DNA of 64,000 bases from Candidatus Caccalectryoclostridium excrementigallinarum. GTDB taxonomy: Bacteria; Bacillota; Clostridia; Christensenellales; UBA3700. Shown in pieces: positions 8,745 through 18,519 of the stretch (position 1 is its first letter; each line of letters opens with the position of its first letter). Under the pieces are notes generated by a model, which had not been told where the DNA came from, did not search any database, and was given only the letters and a program-made list of their open reading frames with translations. A program made the position numbers and the translations under genes. Location of the stretch: NCBI GenBank assembly GCA_018714485.1, contig DVNJ01000024.1:15806-79805 (forward strand), given 5' to 3'.

Positions 8745-9836
8745 ATGAAACTCGGAGTCGTAGGTCTGCCCAACGTGGGCAAAAGCACGCTGTTCAACGC
8801 GATAACTCAGGCGGGAGCGGAATGCGCCAACTATCCTTTCTGCACGATAGAGCCCAACGTGGGCGTGGTCGCCGTGCCCGACGAGAGGCTGGATAAGCTC
8901 GCCGCTCTTTACAACAGTAAAAAAGTCACCCCGACAGTGCTTGAATTCGTGGACATCGCCGGGCTCGTCAAGGGCGCGTCGCACGGCGAGGGCTTGGGCA
9001 ATAAGTTCCTCTCGCATATCCGCGAGACGGACGCGATAGTGCACGTTGTGCGCTGCTTCGAGGACGAGAACATAACGCATGTCGACGGCAGCATAGACCC
9101 TTTGCGCGACATCGAGACGATAGAATACGAGCTCATCTTCGCCGACATGGAGACTATTCAAAAGAGGAGCGCGAAGGCGCGCACCGCGGCGAAGGGCGGG
9201 GACAAGAAATATCTTTGGGAAGCCGACCTTCTCGACGGGATAGGCAAAAAGCTCGAGCAGGGGATACCCGTGCGCATGATGGACTTTGACGAAGAGGAAA
9301 GAGAAGTGGTGGACGGCTGCTTTTTGCTCACGGACAAGCCGGTCATCTATGCCGCAAACATCGCCGAGAGCGAGATAGGCATGCCGCATAACGAGCATGT
9401 GGAGGCGGTGAAGCGGTACGCCGAGGAGCATCGCTCGAACGCCATCGTGCTCTGCGCGAAGATAGAAGAAGACCTCGCCGGCATGGACGAAGAGGACAAG
9501 GAAATGTTCAGGCAGGAGCTGGGGCTTGAAGAGAGCGGACTTGATGTGCTCGTCAAGGCGTGCTACAAGCTTTTGGGACTTATCAGCTATCTCACCGCGG
9601 GCGAAAAGGAGACGCGCGCCTGGACGATAAAAGAGGGAACGAAAGCGCCGCAGGCGGCGGGAAAGATACACAGCGACTTCGAAAAGGGCTTTATCCGCGC
9701 CGAGGTCGTGGATTGGCGCACGCTTTTGGAGTGCGGCTCTTATGCGCAGGCGAAGGAAAAAGGAAAAGTGAGGAGCGAGGGCAAGGATTACGTCGTCAAA
9801 GACGGAGACGTTATCCTCTTCCGCTTCAACGTGTGA
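8745..9836 (+). CDS. ychF: redox-regulated ATPase YchF
   Basis: [20 protein letters not shown]-loop, 363 aa, C-terminal TGS-like end [11 protein letters not shown]. Confidence 0.95.
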   Translation: MKLGVVGLPNVGKSTLFNAITQAGAECANYPFCTIEPNVGVVAVPDERLDKLAALYNSKKVTPTVLEFVDIAGLVKGASHGEGLGNKFLSHIRETDAIVHVVRCFEDENITHVDGSIDPLRDIETIEYELIFADMETIQKRSAKARTAAKGGDKKYLWEADLLDGIGKKLEQGIPVRMMDFDEEEREVVDGCFLLTDKPVIYAANIAESEIGMPHNEHVEAVKRYAEEHRSNAIVLCAKIEEDLAGMDEEDKEMFRQELGLEESGLDVLVKACYKLLGLISYLTAGEKETRAWTIKEGTKAPQAAGKIHSDFEKGFIRAEVVDWRTLLECGSYAQAKEKGKVRSEGKDYVVKDGDVILFRFNV

Positions 9837-9842
9837 GGGAAT

Positions 9843-11528
9843 ATGGATTATAAAAAATTACTTGCCGACACGGTGATAATAGAGGGCGTGGAGAGCGAAG
9901 AGATCGCCGCGCAGATAACCCCCTGCAAGGACAGGGCGCACGGGGATTATTCGCTGCCCTGTTTCCGCCTTGCCGCGCAGCTGAAAAAAAGCCCCGCCGA
10001 ACTTGCGAAAGAGGTGGCGGGCAGAGTGGGCTGCTTTAATTTTCTGGAAAAGGCGGAAGCGATCGGACCTTTCGTCAACTTCACGCTCAACAAGTCCGCC
10101 TATGCCAAGGATGTGCTGGAAAAGGTGCTCTCCGCGGGCGGCTTTTACGGTTCGAGCGACACGGGCGCGGGAAAGACCGTCTGCATAGACTATTCCTCCG
10201 TCAATATCGCCAAGCCCTTTCATATCGGTCATCTGCTCAACACGGTTTTGGGCGCGGCGCTTTACCGCATTTATAAGAAAGTGGGCTATCACGCCGTCGG
10301 TATCAATCATTTGGGCGATTGGGGCACGCAGTTCGGCAAGCTCATCGTCGCTTACAAGAAGTGGGGAGACGAAGAGGACATCGAAAAGCGCGGCGTGCGC
10401 GCCTTGGTGGACATATACGTCAAATTCCATAAAGAGGCGGAAAAAGACCCTTCTCTCGACGACGAGGCGCGCGCCTGGTTCAAAAAGATAGAGGACGGGG
10501 ACAAGGAAGCGCTTTCCATCTTCAACCGCTTCAAGACGTCCACTCTCGCCGAGGTTGAAAAGATATATAAGCGCCTCAACGTGACTTTCGATTCCTATGC
10601 GGGCGAAAGTTTTTATAACGACAAGATGCAGCCCGTCTTGGATATGCTCACGCAAAAAGGGCTTTTGGTGGACGACGACGGCGCCAAGGTGGTCAAGTTG
10701 GGCGAGGGCATGCCGCCCTGCCTTCTGGTGCGCTCGGACGGCGCGACGCTCTATGCCACCCGCGATCTCGCCGCGGCGTTTTACCGCAAGAAAACTTACG
10801 ATTTCGACAAGTGCCTCTATGTCGTGGCGAGCCAGCAGAACCTGCATTTCAGGCAGTGGTTCAAGGTGCTCGAGCTTGCGGGCGAGGAATGGTATAAAGA
10901 TCTCGTTCACGTCGCGCACGGCATGGTCTCGCTCGAAGAAGGCTCGCTTTCCACAAGGAGCGGCAACGTGGTCTATCTCGACGACGTGCTCGACATGGCG
11001 GTGAGCAAGAGCCGCGAGATAATCGAGGAAAAGAGGGAAGACCTTCCCGATCCCGACGCCGTCGCCGAGCAGATAGGCGTGGGCGCGGTCATCTTCGGCG
11101 TGCTCTATAACAACCGCATAAAGGACATGACGTTCTCTTACTCGCGCGCGCTCAACTTCGACGGCGAAACGGGACCTTATGTGCAGTATACGCATGCGCG
11201 CTGCCGTTCGCTGACGGAAAAATGCCCCGATCCCGACTGCGATCCCGACTATTCGGGCGTCACGGGCGCAGAGGCTTGCGAGGTGCTCAAGCTGCTCGAT
11301 TCTTATCCCGACGTGATCCTCTCCGCCGCGGAGAAATACGAGCCTTGCTATGTCTCGCGTTTTCTCGTCGACCTGGCGCAGGCGTTCGGGAAATTCTATC
11401 TCACCTGCAATATCGCCAAAGCCGAGGACGGCGTGAAAAAAGCGCGCCTCATGCTCGTAAAGGCGGTCAAGAGCGTGCTTAAAGACGGGCTGGAACTGCT
11501 GGGGATAAAGGCTCCCGAAAAAATGTAA
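9843..11528 (+). CDS. argS: arginine--tRNA ligase
   Basis: 561 aa. Class I HIGH block (KPFHIGHLLN) and ArgRS-type N-terminal and anticodon-binding domains. Starts 6 nt after ychF. Confidence 0.95.
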   Translation: MDYKKLLADTVIIEGVESEEIAAQITPCKDRAHGDYSLPCFRLAAQLKKSPAELAKEVAGRVGCFNFLEKAEAIGPFVNFTLNKSAYAKDVLEKVLSAGGFYGSSDTGAGKTVCIDYSSVNIAKPFHIGHLLNTVLGAALYRIYKKVGYHAVGINHLGDWGTQFGKLIVAYKKWGDEEDIEKRGVRALVDIYVKFHKEAEKDPSLDDEARAWFKKIEDGDKEALSIFNRFKTSTLAEVEKIYKRLNVTFDSYAGESFYNDKMQPVLDMLTQKGLLVDDDGAKVVKLGEGMPPCLLVRSDGATLYATRDLAAAFYRKKTYDFDKCLYVVASQQNLHFRQWFKVLELAGEEWYKDLVHVAHGMVSLEEGSLSTRSGNVVYLDDVLDMAVSKSREIIEEKREDLPDPDAVAEQIGVGAVIFGVLYNNRIKDMTFSYSRALNFDGETGPYVQYTHARCRSLTEKCPDPDCDPDYSGVTGAEACEVLKLLDSYPDVILSAAEKYEPCYVSRFLVDLAQAFGKFYLTCNIAKAEDGVKKARLMLVKAVKSVLKDGLELLGIKAPEKM

Positions 11529-11532
11529 AAAA

Positions 11533-11564
11533 GGGCAGGCGTCGAGCCTGCCCCGTTTGTTTTC
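11533..11564. terminator. bidirectional terminator between argS and degV
   Basis: gggcaggc / gcctgccc stem with an A-run upstream and a T-rich run downstream. Confidence 0.75.
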
Positions 11565-11572
11565 CCTTTGAC

Positions 11573-12436
11573 TTATTTGCTGTTTCCGAGGAAGAAGAGC
11601 GCCACGACGCCCGCGTTGGTATGCGTGCCGATGACGGGACCGATGTCGCCCACCTCGACGTCCTCGATGCCGAAGCGGTCCTGGATCATCTTTTTGACTA
11701 AGTTGGCGTCGTCGAGACAATCGCCGTGACCGATATACACCTTTTTCTGTTCGGAGGCGGGGAGCATGCGCTCTTCCATGCCGTCCACGAGCGCTTTGAG
11801 CGCCTTTTTGCGCGACATGACCTTGGCGTAAGGCATGAGGCGTCCCTGTTCGTCGACGTGCAGCACGGGCTTGATGTTCATCAGCGTGCCGATCATCGCC
11901 GAGGCTTTGGAGCATCTGCCGAGACGGGCGAGATGGGTGAGGTCGTCGACGGTGAAGAGGGCGACGCCCTTTTCCACGAGGTATTTGACATATTCGCAAA
12001 GCTCTTCGAAGCTCGCGCCCTCGTCGCGCTTTTTGACCGTGTACCAAAGCAGCAGCCCTTCGCCCATGCTGGCGTTGAGGGAGTCTACGGCTATTATCTT
12101 GCGTTCGGGATATTTTTCCGCCAGCTCCTTGGCTACGCGCGCGCAGCCGGCGTAAGTTCCCGAAAGGGCGGAAGAAAACGCCAGGTAGAGCACGTCGTAT
12201 CCCGCCTTGAGCTTTTCTTCGAATCTCTCCTGCGCGAGGAAGGGCTGGACCATGGAAGTGTTGCCCATTTCGCCGCCGCGCATGCGGGTGTAAAATTCTT
12301 TTGCGGTGATGAAAGAGTTGATGTTGTCGTATTCGTCGTTGCCTATGCGCACCGCCATGGGCAGGATCTCCACGTCTTTGCGGGGAGCGTCTGCGGGATA
12401 GTCCGCGGTGGTGTCGCTGAATATGAATATGCTCAT
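11573..12436 (-). CDS. DegV-family fatty-acid-binding protein
   Basis: 287 aa with DegV-like blocks (IFSDTTADYP, IIAVDSLNASMGEG, GTHTNAGVVALFF). Confidence 0.9.
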   Translation of the reverse strand: MSIFIFSDTTADYPADAPRKDVEILPMAVRIGNDEYDNINSFITAKEFYTRMRGGEMGNTSMVQPFLAQERFEEKLKAGYDVLYLAFSSALSGTYAGCARVAKELAEKYPERKIIAVDSLNASMGEGLLLWYTVKKRDEGASFEELCEYVKYLVEKGVALFTVDDLTHLARLGRCSKASAMIGTLMNIKPVLHVDEQGRLMPYAKVMSRKKALKALVDGMEERMLPASEQKKVYIGHGDCLDDANLVKKMIQDRFGIEDVEVGDIGPVIGTHTNAGVVALFFLGNSK

Positions 12437-12582
12437 AAGGTCCTCCGAGGTTTTTTTTTATTATACAATATATCGCGCGCAAACACAAAGAATTTTTCTC
12501 TTCATTTATGTAACTTTGACGAAAAAATCGTAAATTTCGGAAGATTTCGGGTAAAGAGGGGCGGAAAATGCGGAAAAAACGC

Positions 12583-12611
12583 TTTACAACGGCAAGATCG
12601 TGTGGTATATT
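12583..12611 (+). promoter_or_regulatory. sigma-70 promoter for rpsF-ssb-rpsR
   Basis: TTTACA (12583-12588), a 17-nt spacer, then TATATT (12606-12611) with a TGg extended -10. Confidence 0.75.
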
Positions 12612-12617
12612 TATAAA

Positions 12618-12684
12618 GCATCGGTATTCCGATATCCTTGCTCCCGCGTCCCTGCGGGAGACGTAAGACCGAAAGGAGGTATTT
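12618..12684 (+). promoter_or_regulatory. rpsF 5' leader with hairpin; candidate S6:S18 autoregulatory leader
   Basis: 7-bp hairpin ctcccgc/gcgggag (12641-12660) just upstream of the AAGGAGG SD (12673-12679). An S6:S18-binding rpsF leader is described in Bacillota, but I cannot confirm the covariation model by eye. Confidence 0.35.
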
Positions 12685-12966
12685 ATGAACACGTACGAAG
12701 CGCTTTACATTATCGACAAAGACGTTACGGACGAGGGCAAGCAGGCTGTCATCGACAAGCTGAGCGATGTCGTCACGTCCGCAGGCGGCGAAGTGCTGAA
12801 CGTAGACAAGTGGGGCATGCGCAAATATGCTTATCCCATCAACTTCAAAAACGAAGGCTACTACGTTTTGATGAACTTCAACGCTCCGGCAGGCGTTCCC
12901 GCCGAGCTGGACAGACTTGTGCGCATAATGGATGAGACCGTCCGCATCATGACGGTAAGAAAATAA
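12685..12966 (+). CDS. rpsF: 30S ribosomal protein S6
   Basis: 93 aa. MNTYEALYIIDKDV... is a typical bS6 N-terminus, and the synteny is rpsF-ssb-rpsR. Confidence 0.95.
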   Translation: MNTYEALYIIDKDVTDEGKQAVIDKLSDVVTSAGGEVLNVDKWGMRKYAYPINFKNEGYYVLMNFNAPAGVPAELDRLVRIMDETVRIMTVRK

Positions 12967-12975
12967 GAGGGAAAA

Positions 12976-13401
12976 ATGAACAAGATAATTTTGATCGGCA
13001 ATCTGACAAGAGACCCCGAAACTTCCACGACCGCCAGCGGGATCACCATGTGTAAGTTTTCCGTCGCGGTCAACCGCAGATACGGAAACAAGGACGGCAA
13101 CGACGCCGTGGACTATTTCAACATAGTCGCATGGAGAGGCGTTGCGGAAAGCTGCGGCAAGATACTCACCAAAGGCAGAAAGGTCGCCGTCACCGGTTCC
13201 GTACAGATCCGCAATTACGAGGCGCAGGACGGAACGCGCAGGCAGGCGATCGACGTTGTCGCGGACGAAGTGGAGTTCCTCCCTTCGGGCGACAGAAACG
13301 CGGCGGGCGAGAGCGGTTCTCACGAAGCGCCCGCACGCAAGGAAGCCCCCCGTCCCGTTCAGGACCTCACGCCCGTGGACGACGACGATCTTCCCTTCTA
13401 A
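12976..13401 (+). CDS. ssb: single-stranded DNA-binding protein
   Basis: OB-fold N-terminus MNKIILIGNLTRDPE, a Gly/Pro-rich linker and the acidic tip DDDLPF. Confidence 0.95.
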   Translation: MNKIILIGNLTRDPETSTTASGITMCKFSVAVNRRYGNKDGNDAVDYFNIVAWRGVAESCGKILTKGRKVAVTGSVQIRNYEAQDGTRRQAIDVVADEVEFLPSGDRNAAGESGSHEAPARKEAPRPVQDLTPVDDDDLPF

Positions 13402-13419
13402 ATCAAGGAGTAACGAAAA

Positions 13420-13680
13420 ATGAGTGAAGAAAAGGAAAAAACCGTAAAACCGGCTCGCCCCGCCAAGAGGGTACCTCATAAGAAGGTTTGCAATTTCTGC
13501 GTGGACAAGGTCAACGAGATAGATTATAAGGACGTTGCCAAGCTGCGCAGGTATATCACCGAAAGCGGCAAGATCATGCCTCGCCGCATGACCGGCACCT
13601 GCGCCAGACATCAGCGCATGGTCGCCGAAGCTATCAAGAGAGCAAGGGTCATGGCTTTGCTGCCTTATGTGGCGGACTAA
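13420..13680 (+). CDS. rpsR: 30S ribosomal protein S18
   Basis: 86 aa. [36 protein letters not shown] is a typical bS18 core. Confidence 0.95.
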   Translation: MSEEKEKTVKPARPAKRVPHKKVCNFCVDKVNEIDYKDVAKLRRYITESGKIMPRRMTGTCARHQRMVAEAIKRARVMALLPYVAD

Positions 13681-13710
13681 CCCTTCAAACGTATATTGTT
13701 GAACAAAAAG

Positions 13711-13741
13711 AAAAACGGCGTTTGCCGTTTTTCTTTTTTTT
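13711..13741 (+). terminator. intrinsic terminator after rpsR (first of a stack)
   Basis: aaacggc / gccgttt stem followed by a long T-run. Confidence 0.75.
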
Positions 13742-13762
13742 GCCCGCTCGGGCGTTTTTTTT
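13742..13762 (+). terminator. second hairpin plus T8
   Basis: gcccg-ct-cgggc followed by TTTTTTTT. The same ttttgcccgctcgggcg motif recurs at 13780-13796. Confidence 0.6.
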
Positions 13763-13783
13763 GTTTTCCTTTTTTGCGGTTTT

Positions 13784-13810
13784 GCCCGCTCGGGCGAGTT
13801 TGTCTTTTTT
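13784..13810 (+). terminator. third hairpin plus T-rich tail
   Basis: Second copy of gcccgctcgggc, followed by gagtttgtctttttt. Confidence 0.5.
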
Positions 13811-13832
13811 GCAAAGCCGCCCGCGGCTTTTG

Positions 13833-14969
13833 TTAAAACATGAAAGTCTTCACGACGTTGAGCTTGTCGTCCAGGAGGTTGATGTCTGCGAGCATGCCCG
13901 GGCGCAGGTCGCCGCGGTCGTTCAGCCCCACCGTCTTTGCGGGAGTGAGCGTCGCCATCGTCAACAGATCTTCTGCGGGATAACCCTTGGCAAAGAGGCG
14001 GGAGACCATCTTGGAGACGGGGGTGACCGAGCCGGCGTAAGTGTGCTTGTCGGGCAGAACGGCGACGCCGTCTTCGATGCGTATGGGCTGGGCGCTCTCG
14101 CCGCTGCCGAGGAAGTAGTCGCCCTCCTTCATGCCCGCGACCGAGAGCGAGTCGGAGACAAAGCAGATCCCGTCTTTGCCTTTGAGGCGGTAGAAGATGT
14201 CAAAGAGGGCGTCGGGGACGTGCCTGTCGTCGGCGATGACTTCGCAGACCAGCCTGCTCTCGCCGAGCGCGGTCTCGAAAAGCCCCAAGTGCTTTTTGGG
14301 AGAGGGATAGCGGCGCGAGGCGTGCGACGTGCAGTTGCCCATATGCGTGACCGAGGTCGCCCCCGCTTCTATGCAGGCATAGATCTCGTCGTCTATGCTC
14401 TGATCGTGACCGATGGAGACCTGAATGCCCATGCTGCGGCAGAGCGCGGTGACAAAGGGCGCGCCCGAGAGGTCGGGAGCGACGGTTATGCGGCGCACCA
14501 CGTCGCGGTTGCGGGCGATGAACGCCGTGTTCTCCCTGTCGGGATCGCGCAGCTTGTCCAAGGGGTGCGCGCCCGCGGCTTTTGCCGAAAGGAAGGGTCC
14601 TTCGAGGTGCGCGCCCGCGAGACGGGCGCCGTTTGTCTTATAAGAGCGCATGTTGGAAAGCGCCGCTTCGATGTCGGCTATGTCCGCCGTCATCGTGGTG
14701 GGACAGAAAGAGGTTATGCCCGTGGAGAGATGGTATTTCGCCACGGTGTCGATCGCTTCGAAAGTAGGCTCCATGCAGTCCTTGCCCCAACCGCCGTGGG
14801 TGTGGATGTCGATAAAGCCCGCGCAGGCGATCATGCCCTTGCCGTCCGTGATCTCGCCCGCCATGACGTTCCCGAGCGAGAGTATCTTTCCGTCTTCGAT
14901 GACGATGTTGCAAAGCGGTCCGAACGCGCCCGATGAAAAGGGGCGCACATTTGCGAGCGTGGTTTTCAT
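13833..14969 (-). CDS. nagA: N-acetylglucosamine-6-phosphate deacetylase
   Basis: 378 aa amidohydrolase with DIHTHGGWG, AHLEGPF and VTHMGN blocks. Its ATG overlaps the upstream stop (ATGA). Confidence 0.9.
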   Translation of the reverse strand: MKTTLANVRPFSSGAFGPLCNIVIEDGKILSLGNVMAGEITDGKGMIACAGFIDIHTHGGWGKDCMEPTFEAIDTVAKYHLSTGITSFCPTTMTADIADIEAALSNMRSYKTNGARLAGAHLEGPFLSAKAAGAHPLDKLRDPDRENTAFIARNRDVVRRITVAPDLSGAPFVTALCRSMGIQVSIGHDQSIDDEIYACIEAGATSVTHMGNCTSHASRRYPSPKKHLGLFETALGESRLVCEVIADDRHVPDALFDIFYRLKGKDGICFVSDSLSVAGMKEGDYFLGSGESAQPIRIEDGVAVLPDKHTYAGSVTPVSKMVSRLFAKGYPAEDLLTMATLTPAKTVGLNDRGDLRPGMLADINLLDDKLNVVKTFMF

Positions 14970-16540
14970 TTTCTGTTTTCTCTGACCTCCAGATATTGAT
15001 CCATAATATTGTAATAATAGCGCTTGCGCTGCCGCGCCAGGGGATTGCGGCAGGAGCAGATCTTGTCCTTGGCGTAATTTATCCCGCTGCCGTCGAGCAT
15101 CTCGCGGTAGGGCGCGAGGCGCTGCCTGAAAGAGGAATAAGACTTTTCCTCAGGCTCCGTCCAGCTCGCTTCCGCGAGCGCCGCCATGCGCGGGAAGAGG
15201 CAGAGATCGAGCTTTTCCCTGTCGTAGATCCATTCCGTCCAAAGGCTCGCCTGCAAGCCCATGACCTTGCCGCGCAGATAGCGGCAGCCGCGCAGCTCTT
15301 CGTCGGGATCGTAAAGATATGTCTTTTTGAGCGGAGTTTGGCAGTAGGGTGCGTCAAAGTCGAGATAGGCGGGCTTGGAGATGATATAGCTCCTGCCCCA
15401 GCGCAGCTGATCGGGAATGGTGCGGTCTTTCTCGTTTTCCGCATAGACGCCGATGATGTCCGAACTCATGCCGTCGGTCATAGCTGTGTTTTCGCAGAGC
15501 ATGCGCCTGCCTTTGCGCTTCAAAAAGTCGGAAACGTCGTTGAGAAAGTCCGCCTGAAGCTGACGCGAGTCGTGCATGAAGCGCTCCTGCATATATTTGC
15601 GGCAGCTCGCGCATTCGAGCCATTTTTCCGAATGGATATTCGCCGCATTGACGGAGATATAGGGGGAGGGGAAGAGGGAGCAGATCTCGTCGAGAAGCTC
15701 GAAGACGAACTCGCGCGTCTCGCTCTTGCCCGCGCAAAGAAGGGTCTCCCTGTCGCCGAAAGTCGTCGCCACGGGCATGCTCTTGTCCGAGCAGGTCAGG
15801 CGGGGATATGCCGCCGTCATCGCGCCCACATGGGTGGGGAGCGAGATCTCGGGCATGACGAGAATGCCCAGCGAATGCGCCTTTTCCGTCACTTCGCGTA
15901 TGTCTTCCTGCGTGTAATAGCCCTCGTGACCCGTGCCGCGGAATTTTTCCGAGCGCACGCCGCCTATCTGCGTGTCCGCGCGGCGCGAACCTATCTCGTG
16001 CAGCAGCGGGAAGCGCTTGCTCTCTATCCTCCATCCCTGATCGTCGGCGAGATGCCAGCAGAGCGCGTTGAGCTTATGCATCGCCATGATCTCGAGCAGG
16101 CGCAAGACTTCTTCCTTGCCGAAAAAGTGGCGCGCCTCGTCGAGCAGCAGCCCGCGCCAGCGGAAGCGCGGCTTGTCCGAGATATAGCAAAAGGGGAGCT
16201 TCGCGCCCGCGGCATGGAACTTATGCAGCTCGAGCATCTGGTAGAGGGTGCGGCAGGCATAGATAAAGCCCGCGGACTTGGACGCGCGCACGTCCACGCC
16301 CTTTGCCGAAACTTCGAGCGAATATTCTTCCTGCCCGTAACCGGTCACCAGGTTGAATTCGATCCCGATCTCCCCCTCGTCCTCGACGTGAAGGGCGGGC
16401 AGGCTCCTTCTCAGGGCGGAAGTGAAGTCTTCCGCGATGTCCGCGTAGCGCTCGGGACAGCGCACCGTGATCGAGCCTTTCAGCTCCAAGGCGCCTTCGC
16501 GCAGGCGCACTTTGTTGGGATAAGGTATAACGTTAAGCAT
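14966..16540 (-). CDS. GH20-family beta-N-acetylhexosaminidase homolog; canonical catalytic Asp-Glu not conserved
   Basis: GH20 blocks RGLLLDEARHF, WHLADDQGWRIE and PEISLPTHVGA are present. Where H-x-G-G-D-E is expected after FPSPY, the sequence is ISVNAAN (15638-15661). ATG 16540 has a GGAGTG SD; GTG 16549 is an alternative start. No signal peptide. Confidence 0.8.
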   Translation of the reverse strand: MLNVIPYPNKVRLREGALELKGSITVRCPERYADIAEDFTSALRRSLPALHVEDEGEIGIEFNLVTGYGQEEYSLEVSAKGVDVRASKSAGFIYACRTLYQMLELHKFHAAGAKLPFCYISDKPRFRWRGLLLDEARHFFGKEEVLRLLEIMAMHKLNALCWHLADDQGWRIESKRFPLLHEIGSRRADTQIGGVRSEKFRGTGHEGYYTQEDIREVTEKAHSLGILVMPEISLPTHVGAMTAAYPRLTCSDKSMPVATTFGDRETLLCAGKSETREFVFELLDEICSLFPSPYISVNAANIHSEKWLECASCRKYMQERFMHDSRQLQADFLNDVSDFLKRKGRRMLCENTAMTDGMSSDIIGVYAENEKDRTIPDQLRWGRSYIISKPAYLDFDAPYCQTPLKKTYLYDPDEELRGCRYLRGKVMGLQASLWTEWIYDREKLDLCLFPRMAALAEASWTEPEEKSYSSFRQRLAPYREMLDGSGINYAKDKICSCRNPLARQRKRYYYNIMDQYLEVRENRK

Positions 16541-16797
16541 ATCATTCACTCCGATATCATCGTTATTCGGATAAACATATTATATATCTTAACGCGCCCG
16601 TTAGTCAATAAGGGGAACGCCGCCGCGCGCATATTCTCGAAAAAGGGACGTTCTTTTGCGAGCCTTTTTGCGGCGAAAGAGGCGCCGATTTTTACTAAAA
16701 CTTGACATAATCGAGAAGAAAAGCGTCTTTTTTATAACCAACGGTATAAATATCCGCCCTTGCGGGGCATAATAAGGCAGATTTTAATAATTTATGC

Positions 16798-16826
16798 TTT
16801 ACAAGCAGGCGCAAATATAGTAAAAT
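16798..16826 (+). promoter_or_regulatory. sigma-70 promoter heading the 16.8-26.0 kb operon
   Basis: TTTACA (16798-16803), a 17-nt spacer, then TAAAAT (16821-16826). Confidence 0.7.
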
Positions 16827-16872
16827 CAATATGCGCCCGAATAAGGACGTAGAAGAAAAAAGAGGTGGATTT

Positions 16873-18495
16873 ATGAACAGAAAGTTTGTGTTGACGCTCA
16901 TTCTCGCGGTCGTGATGATAAGCGTCATCGCGTTCTCCGCTTGCGGCGTAGCGCTGGCGGAAGAAGGAGTTATCTGGGATAGATTTGACGCCGAAAACAA
17001 AAAAAGCGTCTTCCCCGCATATCCCAGGCTCGACGCGGATAAGACAACTCCCGGCTTCGGAGAATATGTCACCGCCGATGGAGTCAAAGTCAACGACGGA
17101 TATACGCTTAAGCCCATAACGGGCGATATGGACGCTTGGACCGCTTATCAGACCATGCGTGAAAATCAGAAAAACGTCATCGAGAAGGCTCAGGTCACCA
17201 CGACCGCCAGCCAGATCGACGTTCAGGTCACCGGCGCGACCGGCGTTCTGTCCATCGCGAAAGGCAAACATCTCGACATCGTTCAGTATGCGAGCTGGAT
17301 GAAAGCGGATATGGAGGACGGCAGCTATTACGATCAGACCATCAGCCAGATGGACCAGATAGGTATTTCTTATCTCGAATCGCTGACGAGCCTGTTCGGA
17401 GCTTGGTCCAAGAGCTCTTATGACGCCTCGACCGACACTTATTCCTCTCAGACGGGAGGTAAAGGCTCCATGGCTCCCGACGAGACCGCTCCCGCAGGCA
17501 TCACGGCTCTTTGGATGGGTACTCCCAGCACTTGGAATTCTTCCGAAGTCACTTACAACGAAAGCCAGGCTAAGTTCGACAAAACGAACAGATTTACCTC
17601 GAATTTCGACGGCGCGGATTACAAGGTCTATACCGGCGATGACGAAAAGCTCGGCGCTTACAAAAGCAGCGAGAATTCCAAGAATAACGACTCCTTGGGC
17701 AACAAGGTCATCTATGTAGAGTTCAAGGGCAGCGACGGCAATTTCGGCGCCGGCACGTTCTATGTCTGGGATGAATACTGCTGGGATTACGATCTGAATA
17801 AGTATGTCCCTCAATATGTCGGCTTCGATCGCGACAGGCATTTTAAGGCTCTGCCCAGCCGCGGCGACGGCATCTCCAACTATATGGTCACGGACGATAC
17901 GTTCGATATGAGCAAGAGCCAAATCACGGCAGAGGAGATCGACGGACATACCTATTATGTTATCGACGTCGTGCTGACCGACGCGGTCGTTGATTGGGAC
18001 ATCATCACCGGCGGTGAGCTCGGCTCCCTGCAGGGCAGCATAATCGACTTCGTGGCGTTCGACACTGAGCACGGCGGCTTTCAGAGAGAGCTTACCCTCA
18101 GATATGAGGTTTGGGATACGGGCGTCATCAGGCGCGCGATCAGGACTTATTCCATCGCCACCGACGATCAGGACGGCTCCGGTCCCACCGATCAGCAGAT
18201 CCTCGCCCTCGGTGCGGCTACCGCTTACGGCAGCGCCACCAATAACCAGATCCAGGAATTTGCTTACAGCGGCGACACCTTGGATCTCAGCAGCCCTATG
18301 TACGGTTTTGAAAAGGGCGCTCTGCTTGACAAGCTGGGCGTGATCGGCGTTTGCGTCGGCGTCGGCGCGGCGGTGCTTATCGCTCTGATCGTGACGCTGG
18401 TCGTGCTCGCCAAGAAGGGCATTATCGGCAAGAAGAAGAACAAGAAAGCCGCAGAGACCGCCGGTGAAGGCGCGGATGCGGAAAACAAGGAATAA
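16873..18495 (+). CDS. orphan cell-surface protein with N-terminal signal/lipobox and C-terminal TM anchor
   Basis: MNRKFVLTLILAVVMISVIAFSAC (lipobox-like FSAC); C-terminal helix VIGVCVGVGAAVLIALIVTLVVLA followed by KKGIIGKKKNKK. AGAGGTGG SD. ATG 16831 was rejected because it sits 5 nt after the -10 box. No family recognised. Confidence 0.6.
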   Translation: MNRKFVLTLILAVVMISVIAFSACGVALAEEGVIWDRFDAENKKSVFPAYPRLDADKTTPGFGEYVTADGVKVNDGYTLKPITGDMDAWTAYQTMRENQKNVIEKAQVTTTASQIDVQVTGATGVLSIAKGKHLDIVQYASWMKADMEDGSYYDQTISQMDQIGISYLESLTSLFGAWSKSSYDASTDTYSSQTGGKGSMAPDETAPAGITALWMGTPSTWNSSEVTYNESQAKFDKTNRFTSNFDGADYKVYTGDDEKLGAYKSSENSKNNDSLGNKVIYVEFKGSDGNFGAGTFYVWDEYCWDYDLNKYVPQYVGFDRDRHFKALPSRGDGISNYMVTDDTFDMSKSQITAEEIDGHTYYVIDVVLTDAVVDWDIITGGELGSLQGSIIDFVAFDTEHGGFQRELTLRYEVWDTGVIRRAIRTYSIATDDQDGSGPTDQQILALGAATAYGSATNNQIQEFAYSGDTLDLSSPMYGFEKGALLDKLGVIGVCVGVGAAVLIALIVTLVVLAKKGIIGKKKNKKAAETAGEGADAENKE

Positions 18496-18519
18496 TAATT
18501 CCGAAAAAGGTAAAGTTTA

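Noticed and set aside
9837-9842. T-box leaders upstream of argS and metG (27881)
   Set aside because: The intergenic gaps are 6 nt and 1 nt, so there is no room for a T-box. Both genes are internal to operons.
9858-12692. 944-aa minus-strand ORF spanning argS (antisense) and the degV region
   Set aside because: It lies opposite a well-supported argS gene and out of frame with degV. Its Arg/His/Gly/Ala-rich composition is typical of antisense frames in GC-rich DNA. It has no RBS and I recognise no motifs.
13742-13796. Possible mini CRISPR-like array (the repeated gcccgctcgggc motif)
   Set aside because: There are only two 12-17-nt copies, each a self-complementary hairpin followed by a T-run. 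This is terminator architecture, and no cas genes are present.
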